Positions 49,549 through 60,433 of a DNA stretch of 64,000 bases are shown piece by piece. Origin of the DNA: Candidatus Bathyarchaeota archaeon. GTDB taxonomy: Archaea > Thermoproteota > Bathyarchaeia > Bathyarchaeales > Bathycorpusculaceae. The stretch spans positions 128,001-192,000 of the forward strand of contig CAWEPZ010000002.1 in NCBI GenBank assembly GCA_963811105.1, given 5' to 3'. The notes below the pieces were generated by a model, which saw only the letters and a program-made list of their open reading frames with translations, did not search any database and was not told the DNA's origin. The position numbers were made by a program, and so were the translations under genes. How positions within the stretch are numbered: position 1 is the stretch's first letter; every line of letters starts with the position of its first letter.

Positions 49549-50517
49549 TTAGACGGAATGTCTTTTTCTCAAAATCCATGTTCCTTTTAGGGTACCAGAT
49601 TCAGGGGGTTTAATACGCATTGCGGATATTTTTTTATTGCCATTAACTCTATTTATGCTCATTGAGGGTTCATTTGAGAAACTGCTAACTTTTAGGAAAA
49701 TCCTTGATGGTCCTGAAAAGGAAACATCTGAAGAATTAGAATCTAAAATGAAGTGAATAGTCTCACTTGGGTCTATATTTGAGAGTAAAAGGAAAATAAT
49801 CTTATAACCCTTTTTGTCTAGAAAGTCAATTCTAAGTACGTCTCCTGAAAATACAATGTTACCCATGCCAATGTCTAAAAGGTCCCTTGGTTTAGCCAAA
49901 TTAACTCTAATTTGATTATAAGTAATTGATGGTTCTTCAAAAGTCAATTTTACCCAGATTTGAAAGTAACAGTTTTCAGACCTGTTATAGACACTGAATT
50001 GAGTCCTTACATTCCATTGTGAAAAGTTGAGTGTTATACTCTCAGGCACTACAATTATTGGGTCGTTTTTAAAGATGTCCTTTTTTTTCCTAGCTTCCTC
50101 AAGAAGTTTTCCAACTATTGCTACAAACTCTTTGTCCACAAATTTAGGTTCAGATAGTATTAGCTCACCATTAATCATATCAGGTATTTGTACTCCACGT
50201 TGTATTTCACTCATCTTTGACTTAACAAATTCTCTACACAATCTCTCTTTGTGCAAGATTTCAGGGTTGACAATTACTATTTTTATGTCTGCTGGAGAAT
50301 TATGCATGATAATAAGGTCATGTTCAAAATCTGCTTTCCATATGACTTCAACAAAAATCTTGATATTATCAGGTGTTAAAACACAAATGTCATTTACTTG
50401 TCCACCATCAGCATACTCTGTAAGACCTGTTCCATAAACTTCTTTCAGCTTGCTTAGGACAATCTCTTTTATCTTTTTATGCTGGCTTGTTTCGTGAGAC
50501 ATGTCTTTATTCAACAT
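49549..50517 (-). CDS. Putative PD-(D/E)xK-like nuclease domain plus beta-rich C-terminal domain
   Basis: ETSQHKKIK...E...NDI...IFVEV pattern. Confidence 0.55.
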   Translation of the reverse strand: MLNKDMSHETSQHKKIKEIVLSKLKEVYGTGLTEYADGGQVNDICVLTPDNIKIFVEVIWKADFEHDLIIMHNSPADIKIVIVNPEILHKERLCREFVKSKMSEIQRGVQIPDMINGELILSEPKFVDKEFVAIVGKLLEEARKKKDIFKNDPIIVVPESITLNFSQWNVRTQFSVYNRSENCYFQIWVKLTFEEPSITYNQIRVNLAKPRDLLDIGMGNIVFSGDVLRIDFLDKKGYKIIFLLLSNIDPSETIHFILDSNSSDVSFSGPSRIFLKVSSFSNEPSMSINRVNGNKKISAMRIKPPESGTLKGTWILRKRHSV

Positions 50518-50695
50518 TTCTTGGTATTCAAAGATATTAAAGAAACTAGCTATTGTTTCACCTATTCTTTGATGTAAGTTAGTCTTTACCTCATAGTAAC
50601 CTTCATTCAGCTCCTAAATTTACCAACATTTTCCTTGAAATAGTGCCCCGCAAATCCTTAATCAAGGCTTCTTATTTCCGTCAAGGTCTTACGTC

Positions 50696-51418
50696 TCAAT
50701 ATCGTTCAAGATACTTTTTCGTATTTGACCTTAAGCTCTGAATTCTTGATTCTGTTGAGATGGCAGTGCTAAACCGATTTATCTTAACAAAGGGGAATTT
50801 ATCATTGCTTTTTGGTGGATAATCAAAAGTTGGATCATGTAAAATATCATCCATCACGTAAGGTTCACTCGATACGCTTTTTTTGTTCTCGAAAAAGCTG
50901 AAGCTATCGTAGGTTTCCCGTGCACGTTTAAGATCAGCTTGCAGCAGCTTAGAGACTTTGTCTCTTGTTAGCTTAACGGGTTTCTCACTCCAAAACCCTA
51001 ACGGCAAACTTAACGCTGCTTTGTTTTTTGTTTTTGAGCGTGTGCTTAACTTCAATACGTGTGGTGAAAGGAAATTCGGGTTTATTCCATAAGCGAAAAT
51101 AGTCCTCAATAAAGTAATGCAAGCATGCCTTCCATAAACGCGGATAGGTTTCCCTTCTTCACGCATCATGTAAGTTTTTGCTCTAAAACTTGCAAGCTCG
51201 CCTTTCCCCTTCACTTCCATAATAACAGGTAGACTAAACTCGCCATTAGATAATTCCGCATGTTTCCCTGACATATCCGATTCGCTAAAGATTGAATCGG
51301 TGGCGAGGAGGCAAAAGTAATCTCTGAAATGCTCTGTAAACTGTAAAAACCCACGCAAAATTAGGTTTGTAACACTCCTTTTTGCGACAAAAGTCGTTGA
51401 TTTCTTATATTTTGTCAT
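50696..51418 (-). CDS. Hypothetical protein
   Basis: 240-aa ORF; weak D...MEVK motif. Confidence 0.55.
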   Translation of the reverse strand: MTKYKKSTTFVAKRSVTNLILRGFLQFTEHFRDYFCLLATDSIFSESDMSGKHAELSNGEFSLPVIMEVKGKGELASFRAKTYMMREEGKPIRVYGRHACITLLRTIFAYGINPNFLSPHVLKLSTRSKTKNKAALSLPLGFWSEKPVKLTRDKVSKLLQADLKRARETYDSFSFFENKKSVSSEPYVMDDILHDPTFDYPPKSNDKFPFVKINRFSTAISTESRIQSLRSNTKKYLERY

Positions 51419-51434
51419 TGCATAATAAGAACTA

Positions 51435-52031
51435 TTGAAGGCACGTAATTTGGGTCAGACTTCGGAATTAATTATCTACACAATCGGGCACTCAATAAGA
51501 ACTATTACTGAATTCACCGAGTTGCTCAAAACCTACGGTATAACCTTAGTTATTGATGTGCGCACAGTTCCAAGAAGCAGACATAACCCCCAGTTTAATA
51601 AGGAAACCCTGCCCAGCAGCCTCAAAACCCACGCAGTAAAATACATTCACATTCCAGACATCGGCGGTTTACGCCGACCCAAACACGACTCCATAAACCT
51701 AGCATGGAGAAACAGCAGCTTTCGAGGCTACGCAGACTATATGCAGACCAAAGAATTCAACGACAACCTACTAAAAATTACCGCGTTGGCACGAGAGAAC
51801 TGTTTGGCGTTAATGTGTGCTGAAGCCTTGCCTTGGCGGTGCCACCGAAGCCTCATATCAGATGCCCTCGTGATTCGAAACGTTAAGGTGCAGCACATCA
51901 TAAGCTCGAATAGTTGTATTAATCATGCACTTAATGAGATGGCGCATGTGGAAGGAAACCAAATCACATACCCATTATTCACCAAAGAAACACCCCAGAG
52001 AACGCTTGGGGATTTTGGTTCAACCGAATAG
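51435..52031 (+). CDS. DUF488 family protein
   Basis: YTIGHS, DVRTVPRSR, GGLR, LMCAE...CHR. Confidence 0.92.
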   Translation: MKARNLGQTSELIIYTIGHSIRTITEFTELLKTYGITLVIDVRTVPRSRHNPQFNKETLPSSLKTHAVKYIHIPDIGGLRRPKHDSINLAWRNSSFRGYADYMQTKEFNDNLLKITALARENCLALMCAEALPWRCHRSLISDALVIRNVKVQHIISSNSCINHALNEMAHVEGNQITYPLFTKETPQRTLGDFGSTE

Positions 52032-52036
52032 TTGCA

Positions 52037-53383
52037 TTATTGTTTTTGGAGTTTTGCTATGAAGAAGCCGTTGCATTGGTGAATGTGCGGATAGAGTCGC
52101 TGACACTTGTTTAAGTCTCGCATTCCTGGTAACCCAATTCTCGGTTCAATTTCCGCTAATGAGAATTCTGGATGCACTTTTAGGAACCGCTCAATAATCA
52201 TCTCATTCTCTTCTAAAGTAATGCTGCATGTGGAGTAGGTTAATTCTCCTCCAGCCGCCACTTTTTCGGCGCAGCTGTTAATCATCTGCCATTGAATAGC
52301 CGCCATTTTCTCAACTGAGCTGGGTCTTAGACGCCATTTTGCTGAAGGTTGCTTGGCGAAGACACCGGTGCTTGTGCACGGAGGATCCAAAATCACCAAA
52401 TCTGCTTGCGGTTTGAAGGGTAAAGGCGCGCATGCATCAGCGATTACTGGTTCTGCAATTTTGGCTCCCATGCGAGCAGTCTCTTTTTTCCACACTTTCA
52501 TCCTTCGGTTAGAAAAATCAACCGAGACTATGGTCCCTTCGTTTTGCATAAGTTGGGCTAAATAGGTTGTTTTTGCTCCAGGTGCAGAACAAACATCAAA
52601 AACGATGTTGCCCGGCTTGGGGTTTGCAGCTTGGGCGGCGAAGCAGGATGCTTTATCTTGGATGTAGAATAAGCCTCCTTTGTAGCTGGGCAAGGTGTTT
52701 AATGGCTGTTTTGCCTGTATGATTTTGTAAGTGTGTTTTAGCGGTGGGGCTTTTTCTGCTTTGACGCCTTCTATTTCAAGTTTTTGCACGATTGCCTCTT
52801 CTGTCGTGGCAATGGTGTTTACTCGGATGTAGGTGGGTGGGGGAGTTATACTTCCCTCTAAGAAAGCGATGGCTTCATTGCGTCCCATTAATCTAAAACA
52901 GTATTTAACGAACCATGAGGGGTGGAAAGTCCGAAGGCTAACCTGCTGCTCATCGGGTGCCGCCTTTAAAATTGGCTCCAGCGGTCGTGTAAGGAAAAAG
53001 CCCAGAAATTGCTCAACTTCACGAAGGGTTTCCCAGCCTAGAATTGCCCTGCCTAAGCTGGCGATGTGTGTTGCTTCTTGAAAGTTAATTTTACTCCAGT
53101 TCTTAGACACCCTTGTTTGGTAAACGTAAAGCCTTAGGAAAGATTGGATGCCTAGGTTGTACTCGGTAATTTTTTTGGGTACTATGATAGTATTTACGAA
53201 TTTGTCTATGAGGTTTTTGCGTCTTGTGGTTTCAAGCACTAAACCGTATCCGTAGCGTATGGCGTTTGCATCATTTATACGGACTTCCGTAAGGGTTCTT
53301 GCTAACGCTAAGCGCTCACTTAGTTTCTCCATATCCATCCAGCTTAGGGTTTCAATAGCTATTGTCCAAGCATCCTTAAGCAA
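52037..53383 (-). CDS. RsmB/NOP2 RNA m5C methyltransferase
   Basis: IQDKAS, DVCSAPGAKT, DPPCTSTG, YSTCS...EENE, GFFIA. Confidence 0.93.
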   Translation of the reverse strand: MLKDAWTIAIETLSWMDMEKLSERLALARTLTEVRINDANAIRYGYGLVLETTRRKNLIDKFVNTIIVPKKITEYNLGIQSFLRLYVYQTRVSKNWSKINFQEATHIASLGRAILGWETLREVEQFLGFFLTRPLEPILKAAPDEQQVSLRTFHPSWFVKYCFRLMGRNEAIAFLEGSITPPPTYIRVNTIATTEEAIVQKLEIEGVKAEKAPPLKHTYKIIQAKQPLNTLPSYKGGLFYIQDKASCFAAQAANPKPGNIVFDVCSAPGAKTTYLAQLMQNEGTIVSVDFSNRRMKVWKKETARMGAKIAEPVIADACAPLPFKPQADLVILDPPCTSTGVFAKQPSAKWRLRPSSVEKMAAIQWQMINSCAEKVAAGGELTYSTCSITLEENEMIIERFLKVHPEFSLAEIEPRIGLPGMRDLNKCQRLYPHIHQCNGFFIAKLQKQ

Positions 53384-53666
53384 ATTCTTTCACGTATTAG
53401 AGAAGATGTAGTGCTTCTAAATAAGAATTCAAATTGGACGGTTGTACATAAATGACAACAGCCACATATCTTTAAGAATCATTCATCAGTGCGGATTATC
53501 TGGTATCTAACCAAAACAAATTTCATGATAGAGGAAGGCTTCACATGGAAAATATCTGAAGAAGCTCATGCAAATATACCCAAAAAATTATTTTAGAACA
53601 CACTATCTTTCAAATAAAAGACATATTAGATTGATAGTTTTTTGTCACTAAAGATTTTTAGTCTCC

Positions 53667-56399
53667 ATGTGCCTTAGAGAAGCTAAGGTCATATTGGGGA
53701 TGGCGCGAACTCTATTAGACTACTGCGACAGGGAACAAACTAAACCTGCCATAACAGAACAAGCCAAAGCGGAAGCTTCAACATCTCCAACACAAATTAA
53801 CATCGAAAAAATTAAGCAGAAAAAGAAGCCTCGGGTATTTCCGCCAGTAGCTCCTAAAAATCTGCCCCCGTCATATTTTGTTTCAGCTTCTTATGATGGT
53901 CGACAAAAAAAAGTTATAATCAAATTATATGAGCCAGAATCAGAACAACTTTATTTTTGGTACGATAACACTGGCCATAAGCCCTACTGTTTGACAAATC
54001 TGTCCCAAGCGGAACTGCAGAAGATAGAGCGCTTAGTTAGGCATGAAGGTTTTGACCGTTTTGAAATTCTGGATAAGTTTGACCCTTTAAACGATGAAAA
54101 AATTCAGGTTACCAAAATAATTGCAAATGACCCCCTAGCCATCGGAGGTAGACCGCAAGGTACTATCAGAGACATAATCCCTGAAGATGCACCAAAAATC
54201 TGCAATACGCCTGCTGAAGTTATCAAGGTTTGGGAGTCAAAAATAAAATATTATCAATCGTACATTTATGATCGCCAGCTTCTTCCGGGGATGATATACG
54301 AAGTCAAAGATGGTAATCTGGTATATAGAGTGCTTGAAGAAGCAACTGAAAACCTGGACAAAATTAAAGGTTTATTTAAGGACTGCACAAGCGAAGAACG
54401 TGACTATGCTGAAATGTGGGCCAAACTCCTAGAGTATCCCGCGCCAAAGTTTCGTAGGGCAGCCATCGATATAGAAGTATATTCACCATTATCGACAAGG
54501 ATGCCTGATGCTCGGGAAGCAGCATGCCCAATTATCGCAGTTTCTGTTTACAGTTCAGATGGGGAAAAAAGAGTAATTATTCTTAAACGTGAGGGCGTTA
54601 GAGAAGGCAACCAGCACCTGACTCTGGACACCAAAATCGACTATTGTCAAACAGAGGAAGAGTTGCTCAGAAAAACCTTTGATGTCCTGGTAGATTACCC
54701 TTTCATTTTAACTTTCAACGGCGACGACTTTGACCTTCGATACCTTACTCACAGAGCTATGAATTTAGGCTTTGGCAGACGTGAAATTCCAATAGAAGTA
54801 GGCAAACAAGTTTGTCTGCTGAAATACGGTATTCACATTGACCTGTACAAGTTCTTTTTTAACCGATCCATTCAAATTTATGCTTTCAACAACCGATACC
54901 GCGACGTAACCCTCAACGATGTAGGTAATGCGCTGATAGGATCAGAAAAAATCCATTTAGAAAAAACATTCGGAGACCTATCCTACACAGAACTTGCACA
55001 ATACTGTCTGCGCGACTCAGAAATCACCTTCAAACTGACCAGTTTCGAAGACGACTCAGCAATGAAACTAATCCTTGTCTTGGCAAGAATAAGTAGCATG
55101 CCTATGGAAGACGTAAGTCGCCAAGGCGTAAGCCGCTGGATACGCAACTTCATGCACCGTGAACATCGAAAAAGAAACCTTCTCATACCGAACGCAGATG
55201 ATATACTAAAGAAAAAAGGCAAAACTTCTACAACCGCTATAATAAAAGGCAAAAAATACAAGGGCGCCATAGTCGTCGAACCCACGCCAGGAGTGCACTT
55301 CAACGTTGCCGTCATGGACTTTCCTAGCCTGTACCCTTCTATCATCAAGGTTTGGAATTTGGGCTATCAATCCATCTGCTGTAGCCACCCTGGATGCAAG
55401 GGGCACCTTGTTCCAGACACTCAGCATTGGGTCTGTACAGAAAAACGGGCACTCGAAAGCCTTCTTATCGGTTCATTACGCGATTTGCGTGTGCGATGGT
55501 ACAAGAGTCGATCTAAAGACAAAACTTTGTCTCCAGAGCTTAGAAGTTGGTATAACATCACACAGGGAGCACTCAAAGTTATTTTAAACGCCAGCTACGG
55601 GGTATTCGGCGCCGATAGTTTCGACCTTTATTGTCCCCCAGTAGCCGAAGCAACAGCAGCCATCGGCAGATACTCTATCACCCAAATACTCAAACACGCT
55701 GAATCAGTGGGTATTCAGGTTCTATACGGCGACACTGACAGTCTCTTCCTTAAGAACCCATCTAAGGAGCAAATTGAAGACGTTGTCCATTATACCGAGC
55801 ATGAATTAAACATGGGGATAGACGTTGACAAAGTCTACCGCTATGCCGTTTTTAGTTCCCGCAAAAAAAACTATCTTGGCGTATTGGAAGACGGCACCGT
55901 TGACGTAAAAGGCTTAACGGGGAAGAAAAAACACATACCCATTTTCATTAAAGAGGCTTTTAACAAAATGAAGGTGGCTCTTGCAAAGGTTAAAAGTCCA
56001 GCTGACTTCGAAAAAGCAAGGAAAGAAATTGCAGACATAATTCGTGAGCGCTATACCCGCCTAAAACGTAGAGAATGGGCTGATATTAGTGAGCTTGCGT
56101 TCCATGTAGCTTTGGGCGATGAACTTGCAAGTTATACTAAAACGACTCCTCAACACGTTAAGGCGGCCCGAATCCTTCAGGACAGCGGAAGAGAACTGCA
56201 TACGGGCGATTTGATTAGTTTTGTCAAAGTTATAAGAGAGCCGCGCGTGAAACCAGTTGAGTTGACTTCAAGAAACGAGGTTGATGTTGATAAATACATT
56301 GCCTATTTGCATTCTACTTTCGATCAGGTTTTGGATGCTTTGAGCTTAAGCTTTGACGAAATTATTGGGTTAACGAAACTTGAAAGGTTCCTAGCTTGA
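53667..56399 (+). CDS. polB1: Family B DNA polymerase, PolB1 type (likely start ATG 53700)
   Basis: GHKPY, DIEV, FNGDDFD, YCLRDS, DFPSLYPSII, KVILNASYG, YGDTDS, KKNY, KGL. Confidence 0.95.
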   Translation: MCLREAKVILGMARTLLDYCDREQTKPAITEQAKAEASTSPTQINIEKIKQKKKPRVFPPVAPKNLPPSYFVSASYDGRQKKVIIKLYEPESEQLYFWYDNTGHKPYCLTNLSQAELQKIERLVRHEGFDRFEILDKFDPLNDEKIQVTKIIANDPLAIGGRPQGTIRDIIPEDAPKICNTPAEVIKVWESKIKYYQSYIYDRQLLPGMIYEVKDGNLVYRVLEEATENLDKIKGLFKDCTSEERDYAEMWAKLLEYPAPKFRRAAIDIEVYSPLSTRMPDAREAACPIIAVSVYSSDGEKRVIILKREGVREGNQHLTLDTKIDYCQTEEELLRKTFDVLVDYPFILTFNGDDFDLRYLTHRAMNLGFGRREIPIEVGKQVCLLKYGIHIDLYKFFFNRSIQIYAFNNRYRDVTLNDVGNALIGSEKIHLEKTFGDLSYTELAQYCLRDSEITFKLTSFEDDSAMKLILVLARISSMPMEDVSRQGVSRWIRNFMHREHRKRNLLIPNADDILKKKGKTSTTAIIKGKKYKGAIVVEPTPGVHFNVAVMDFPSLYPSIIKVWNLGYQSICCSHPGCKGHLVPDTQHWVCTEKRALESLLIGSLRDLRVRWYKSRSKDKTLSPELRSWYNITQGALKVILNASYGVFGADSFDLYCPPVAEATAAIGRYSITQILKHAESVGIQVLYGDTDSLFLKNPSKEQIEDVVHYTEHELNMGIDVDKVYRYAVFSSRKKNYLGVLEDGTVDVKGLTGKKKHIPIFIKEAFNKMKVALAKVKSPADFEKARKEIADIIRERYTRLKRREWADISELAFHVALGDELASYTKTTPQHVKAARILQDSGRELHTGDLISFVKVIREPRVKPVELTSRNEVDVDKYIAYLHSTFDQVLDALSLSFDEIIGLTKLERFLA

Positions 56400-56405
56400 T
56401 TGAGT

Positions 56406-57278
56406 CTACAATAGGGTAAGAAAGCCAAGAAACGTGAAAAGGGCAACAAGCCCAGCAATTATTATAACCACTTGCCGCTCAGTTAAAGGGCGGTGGTAGG
56501 TTATCAGAGTAATCAAGCTTTTTCTATGGTCAGATGAAAGCCTTTTCCCATCATAGGAAACTTTAGCTCTTTTTCGGGTAAAGAAAATTGTAAGTAATAT
56601 TAGTGATGAATTAAAAATAAAAGGTAGGATAGAAACTAGAAGGCTCGATTTTAAATCTGAGATGACAGCGAAAGAGGCTACAGTTATTCCTATGGCAAAG
56701 GATCCTGAGTTTCCTACAAAAATTTTGCCTCTAAAGTTCAAGTATCCCAGAATTAGCCAAAACATTAAAGGTCCAATCATTAGAATATATGCTGGTGACA
56801 ACTGGTAAAGTGAACCAGCCATTAATCCTAAGATAACTATAGCTGGACATAGTGTTTCTAAACCATTCAAGCCACCAAGCATGTTTACCGTGTTTGTGAC
56901 AATCATGACGATTAGCGGAATAATTACATAGAAGTAAAGTGCACCGAAATGTATCGTTCCAATGAATGGTAATGCTATATCGGTTCTTGCTTGAGCTGCA
57001 AGGGCATAAGATATGAGCGGCAAAGCTGCTATTAAAGGCATGAATGCTTTGTAACGCCATTTTAAGTCCATCCAGTCGTCTAGTAAGCCCATGAAGCCGC
57101 CGAAAAGAATGCATGCTGCAAGGGTTAGTGCTGCTGACAGGTTAGATGGGTTTTCACCAAGTTTAAGGAAATAGAGGACAAAAAGGTAAACGGTCGTAAA
57201 TAGGACGTAAAGTACGCCTAGACCGTTGCGAATTAAAGGTTGACCAACTTTGTGCTGATCTGGAACCTTTGGGAACAC
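56406..57278 (-). CDS. aglH: UDP-GlcNAc:dolichyl-phosphate GlcNAc-1-phosphotransferase (AglH/MraY family)
   Basis: GLLDD, NTVNMLGGLNGLE, KIFVGNSG; adjacent to aglB. Confidence 0.75.
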   Translation of the reverse strand: MFPKVPDQHKVGQPLIRNGLGVLYVLFTTVYLFVLYFLKLGENPSNLSAALTLAACILFGGFMGLLDDWMDLKWRYKAFMPLIAALPLISYALAAQARTDIALPFIGTIHFGALYFYVIIPLIVMIVTNTVNMLGGLNGLETLCPAIVILGLMAGSLYQLSPAYILMIGPLMFWLILGYLNFRGKIFVGNSGSFAIGITVASFAVISDLKSSLLVSILPFIFNSSLILLTIFFTRKRAKVSYDGKRLSSDHRKSLITLITYHRPLTERQVVIIIAGLVALFTFLGFLTLL

Positions 57279-57300
57279 AGAGTCTCTTCCTGCGTCATTT

Positions 57301-59607
57301 TTAGCCTGAACCAGTTGCGCCTGTTGCTGCGTAGTATTCTGCGTAGTTGATTTTGTAGATGGCTACGATTGGTACTAATCCGCCGTACTGGAATGGATTT
57401 GTTTGTTCGCCAGAGAAGTATTCCTTGGTGAAGTATGTGGGGATTGTTGTCGATGCATCTGGTGTAATGCTGTATCCTACTCCCATCTGGTTTATAGTAT
57501 TGCAATAGTCTACTTCTGCGAAGTTCAATAGCTCGTAAATTGTGCTGTTTTGCCCTTGGTCATTCCATACCCATCTTGAAGTTTGGTTGTCTGCCGCGCC
57601 GAATGTTGTTTCATCAGTCCATGCGGTTGCTGGATTCATGTACCCTTCTTGTATCAGTCTGTTTTTTGCTTCTCCTGAAATTCTTGCCATCCAGCTCCAT
57701 TTTCCTTCGTCCCCGTATCCTGATGGGCTTGCGATATATGTTGATGTGCCGGTGCTTGATTGGCTAATTTGGAGGACAGTGAATATCATGATGTATTTGA
57801 CTTGTCCAGGATTATTGTAGCTGTCATAAGTGTTGAGCATATGCATTGATTCGTTTTCATTGCCCATGAACATGAAGCCCAAGTTTTCAAGTTGGGTGCT
57901 ATTAACTGTAGTGTTATCGGCAAATGATGTGACGTTGCCAAGGTCAGCTAGCCAGTTTCCGTAGTCCCACCAAGCTACTACTACATCTGTTGAATGAAGA
58001 TTTGTGTTAAGATAGCTTATTGCATTAAGCCATGCATCTACTGGTTGAGTTAGTTGTGATCCACCTAATGGAAGGCTCGAATCACTAATTGCTGTTGGTA
58101 TGTAAGCCTGACCGATGGATCTTGGTACTCCACCCGTTTGTGGTGAGAAAGCAAAGTTTGTCACTAATATCATAAATATCAGAAAGACCGCGACACCGCT
58201 GTATTCTTTACTTACGCGAGCAAGCTTGCGTTTTGTTTTTGCGAGGTTACGCGGTGTTTCTTGTAGCAAAGTATAGAATGGTTTTATGACGCTTATGATT
58301 CCTATTCCTGCTATGATTGCGTAGGCTGGAGCAAAAATTACTAGTAACCGTATCATTGAAGCTGAGAAGTATAATGAAGTAACCGTGAAGAGAAGCAAGA
58401 AAATGTTCCTATTTGTGGGATTTCTCAATGTGAAGTATAAGCCCATAAGGAAGAACAATATTGCTATGCCTAATTCAGTGTAAATGTTGCCCCAAGCTGA
58501 AATTCTTTGCTCAGCTACTGAATTAATAAGTGGTGACGTAGCTCGAATAAAAGGATCCAAGACTGTGTTGAATTTTCCAGCCAACCCTTCAAATAATCCA
58601 GTTAGTCCTAATGCAGCAAAAACGACTACAGCGGCAACTATTGCTGTAACAGCGACAGTAGCTTTGTTTTTCACTGATATGTTGTTCCGTAGAACTTCTG
58701 CGATAAGTAGAACTACGAATACTCCCGCGACTGGAATTACTGCGCCGTCAAATACATAGTTAATTCCAATGTAAGGCACCTTTGTTGCAATAAATAACGA
58801 TAAGCCAAAGGTTATGCTGTAACTAATCAATAGACGTTGACTATATCTTCGCATAATCACCATTACAAAGATGAATAGTGCAGCCAAGTCAAGCATATAG
58901 TAGGATGCACCCCAGCCGGCTATGAAGTAGGCTAAAGAAGCGGCTGCCCCTAAAGAGTAGATTAGGGATGCACGCAAGGACCTCTTGCTATCGATTGACC
59001 TTAGAAATAGGAACATAAATAAAAGAAGACCAAGAACCCCTGGAACTTCCGTGTCAAAGAATCCAAGGGAGCTTCTTTGCAGAAAAGATGGTGCTAACGC
59101 CAAGAATAATGCGGCGAATAAACCGATCGCTTTTCCTCCATAATCCTTGCCGATGAAATAAATTATTATGCAATCAACCACTGCAATTATTGCAGGTAGC
59201 ACTGAACAGAACGTCATTAAATCAATGTTTACGCCAAACAAATTGACTGTTTCATATAGTACTGCTGCTGTCAATGGCAAAGATGGTAGGGCGCCTTGCA
59301 TATTAAGGCCCCACGGATACCATTTTTGCATGTTTACCCACCCTGAACCTAAAAAGGGTGAAAGCAAACCATCGCTAATCATGTGCTTTACAATACTAAA
59401 TTGGTAATATGGATCAAATTCGTTGAGAAACGCTGTCCCGCCGGATAGATTTTCCCAGCGTAAAGGTAGAATACGTACAACAAACGCAACAAAGAGGATT
59501 AAAGCTAACGCGGATATTGCGATTATCGATCCGTGAGTTACTTGTATGCGTAATCTACCGAAAGGTTCTAAGCGATTACTGAGCTTTTCTTTAATTCCTT
59601 CCCCCAC
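57301..59607 (-). CDS. aglB: Oligosaccharyltransferase AglB/STT3
   Basis: EFDPY, FFDTE, SVAEQ, WWDYG, DNTT, DEGK. Confidence 0.95.
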   Translation of the reverse strand: MGEGIKEKLSNRLEPFGRLRIQVTHGSIIAISALALILFVAFVVRILPLRWENLSGGTAFLNEFDPYYQFSIVKHMISDGLLSPFLGSGWVNMQKWYPWGLNMQGALPSLPLTAAVLYETVNLFGVNIDLMTFCSVLPAIIAVVDCIIIYFIGKDYGGKAIGLFAALFLALAPSFLQRSSLGFFDTEVPGVLGLLLFMFLFLRSIDSKRSLRASLIYSLGAAASLAYFIAGWGASYYMLDLAALFIFVMVIMRRYSQRLLISYSITFGLSLFIATKVPYIGINYVFDGAVIPVAGVFVVLLIAEVLRNNISVKNKATVAVTAIVAAVVVFAALGLTGLFEGLAGKFNTVLDPFIRATSPLINSVAEQRISAWGNIYTELGIAILFFLMGLYFTLRNPTNRNIFLLLFTVTSLYFSASMIRLLVIFAPAYAIIAGIGIISVIKPFYTLLQETPRNLAKTKRKLARVSKEYSGVAVFLIFMILVTNFAFSPQTGGVPRSIGQAYIPTAISDSSLPLGGSQLTQPVDAWLNAISYLNTNLHSTDVVVAWWDYGNWLADLGNVTSFADNTTVNSTQLENLGFMFMGNENESMHMLNTYDSYNNPGQVKYIMIFTVLQISQSSTGTSTYIASPSGYGDEGKWSWMARISGEAKNRLIQEGYMNPATAWTDETTFGAADNQTSRWVWNDQGQNSTIYELLNFAEVDYCNTINQMGVGYSITPDASTTIPTYFTKEYFSGEQTNPFQYGGLVPIVAIYKINYAEYYAATGATGSG

Positions 59608-59707
59608 GTCAAGCCATCTCTTTTAATTGAGTTTTTATCGATTAATCTTAGTTTATACACATTGGAGGTTTATTTATGGCTTTCCAAAATGAATTGGTAT
59701 GGAGTAG

Positions 59708-60433
59708 CTACGAAAGTTTAGTTATTTGCATGATTACCCAAGGGCTAAACCTTGGAATTCTTCTTAATCCAAAAACTTTCTCAATACCTGCCAAGACTGG
59801 TACTAGATTATTCTGAGAAGTTCTCCCGAAAGGCAACCAACTGTACCCAGTTTTCTTCTTTATAGAAAATCCTGTTTTAGTTAAAGTCTCAATAACGTTT
59901 TTGTAAGAATGCATATAGGATTGTCCACGCATCTGCCTAAGTTTAGCTTTAATGCTAGACTTATTTCCGAAAGACAAAAAGCATGGAGCGTTCGGTTTAA
60001 GCGTTCGCTTGCATTCTTCAAAGGCTGATTCCAACTCGAGAATATAGTCTAAGACCTCAATCATGAAGACGGCATCAAATACTTCATCTTTCAGTGGTAG
60101 TTTTCTTGCATCAGCCTGAATAATATTTACTTCTCTGTTTTTAGACTTCAACCTTTTCAAAGAATAAGAATCGATGTCCAAGCTTACGACAGTACCTTTG
60201 CTTCTTGTTGCCAATAATGAAAAACGACCTGCTTCAGCGCCGACATCCAGTATAGTAGTTTTTTCTTGTTGTATGTTGAACGATTTAGAAATAAAATCCG
60301 TTTCAATTCGGGTTAGATACTTACCCATTTTGGTCTTGGCTGCTTTTTCCCAATGGGTTTCTTCCTGAGTATCAATTGACGGCTTCATCGGTCTGCCCAA
60401 TTTTTTAACGTTTACTTGCAGGCTTAACGTCAA
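59708..60433 (-). CDS. Class I SAM-dependent methyltransferase
   Basis: ILDVGAEAG, LDID, ADARKLP, FDAV. Confidence 0.88.
   Translation of the reverse strand: MTLSLQVNVKKLGRPMKPSIDTQEETHWEKAAKTKMGKYLTRIETDFISKSFNIQQEKTTILDVGAEAGRFSLLATRSKGTVVSLDIDSYSLKRLKSKNREVNIIQADARKLPLKDEVFDAVFMIEVLDYILELESAFEECKRTLKPNAPCFLSFGNKSSIKAKLRQMRGQSYMHSYKNVIETLTKTGFSIKKKTGYSWLPFGRTSQNNLVPVLAGIEKVFGLRRIPRFSPWVIMQITKLS

Larger units (their letters stand above)
38300..52031. mobile_element. Mosaic AT-rich accessory island (no integrase seen)
   Basis: Low coding density, visibly higher AT, pseudogenes and defence-like domains between two housekeeping blocks; boundaries approximate. Confidence 0.45.

Noticed and set aside
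53667-56399. Possible intein or inactivated polymerase
   Set aside because: Normal PolB1 length, with all exonuclease and polymerase motifs intact
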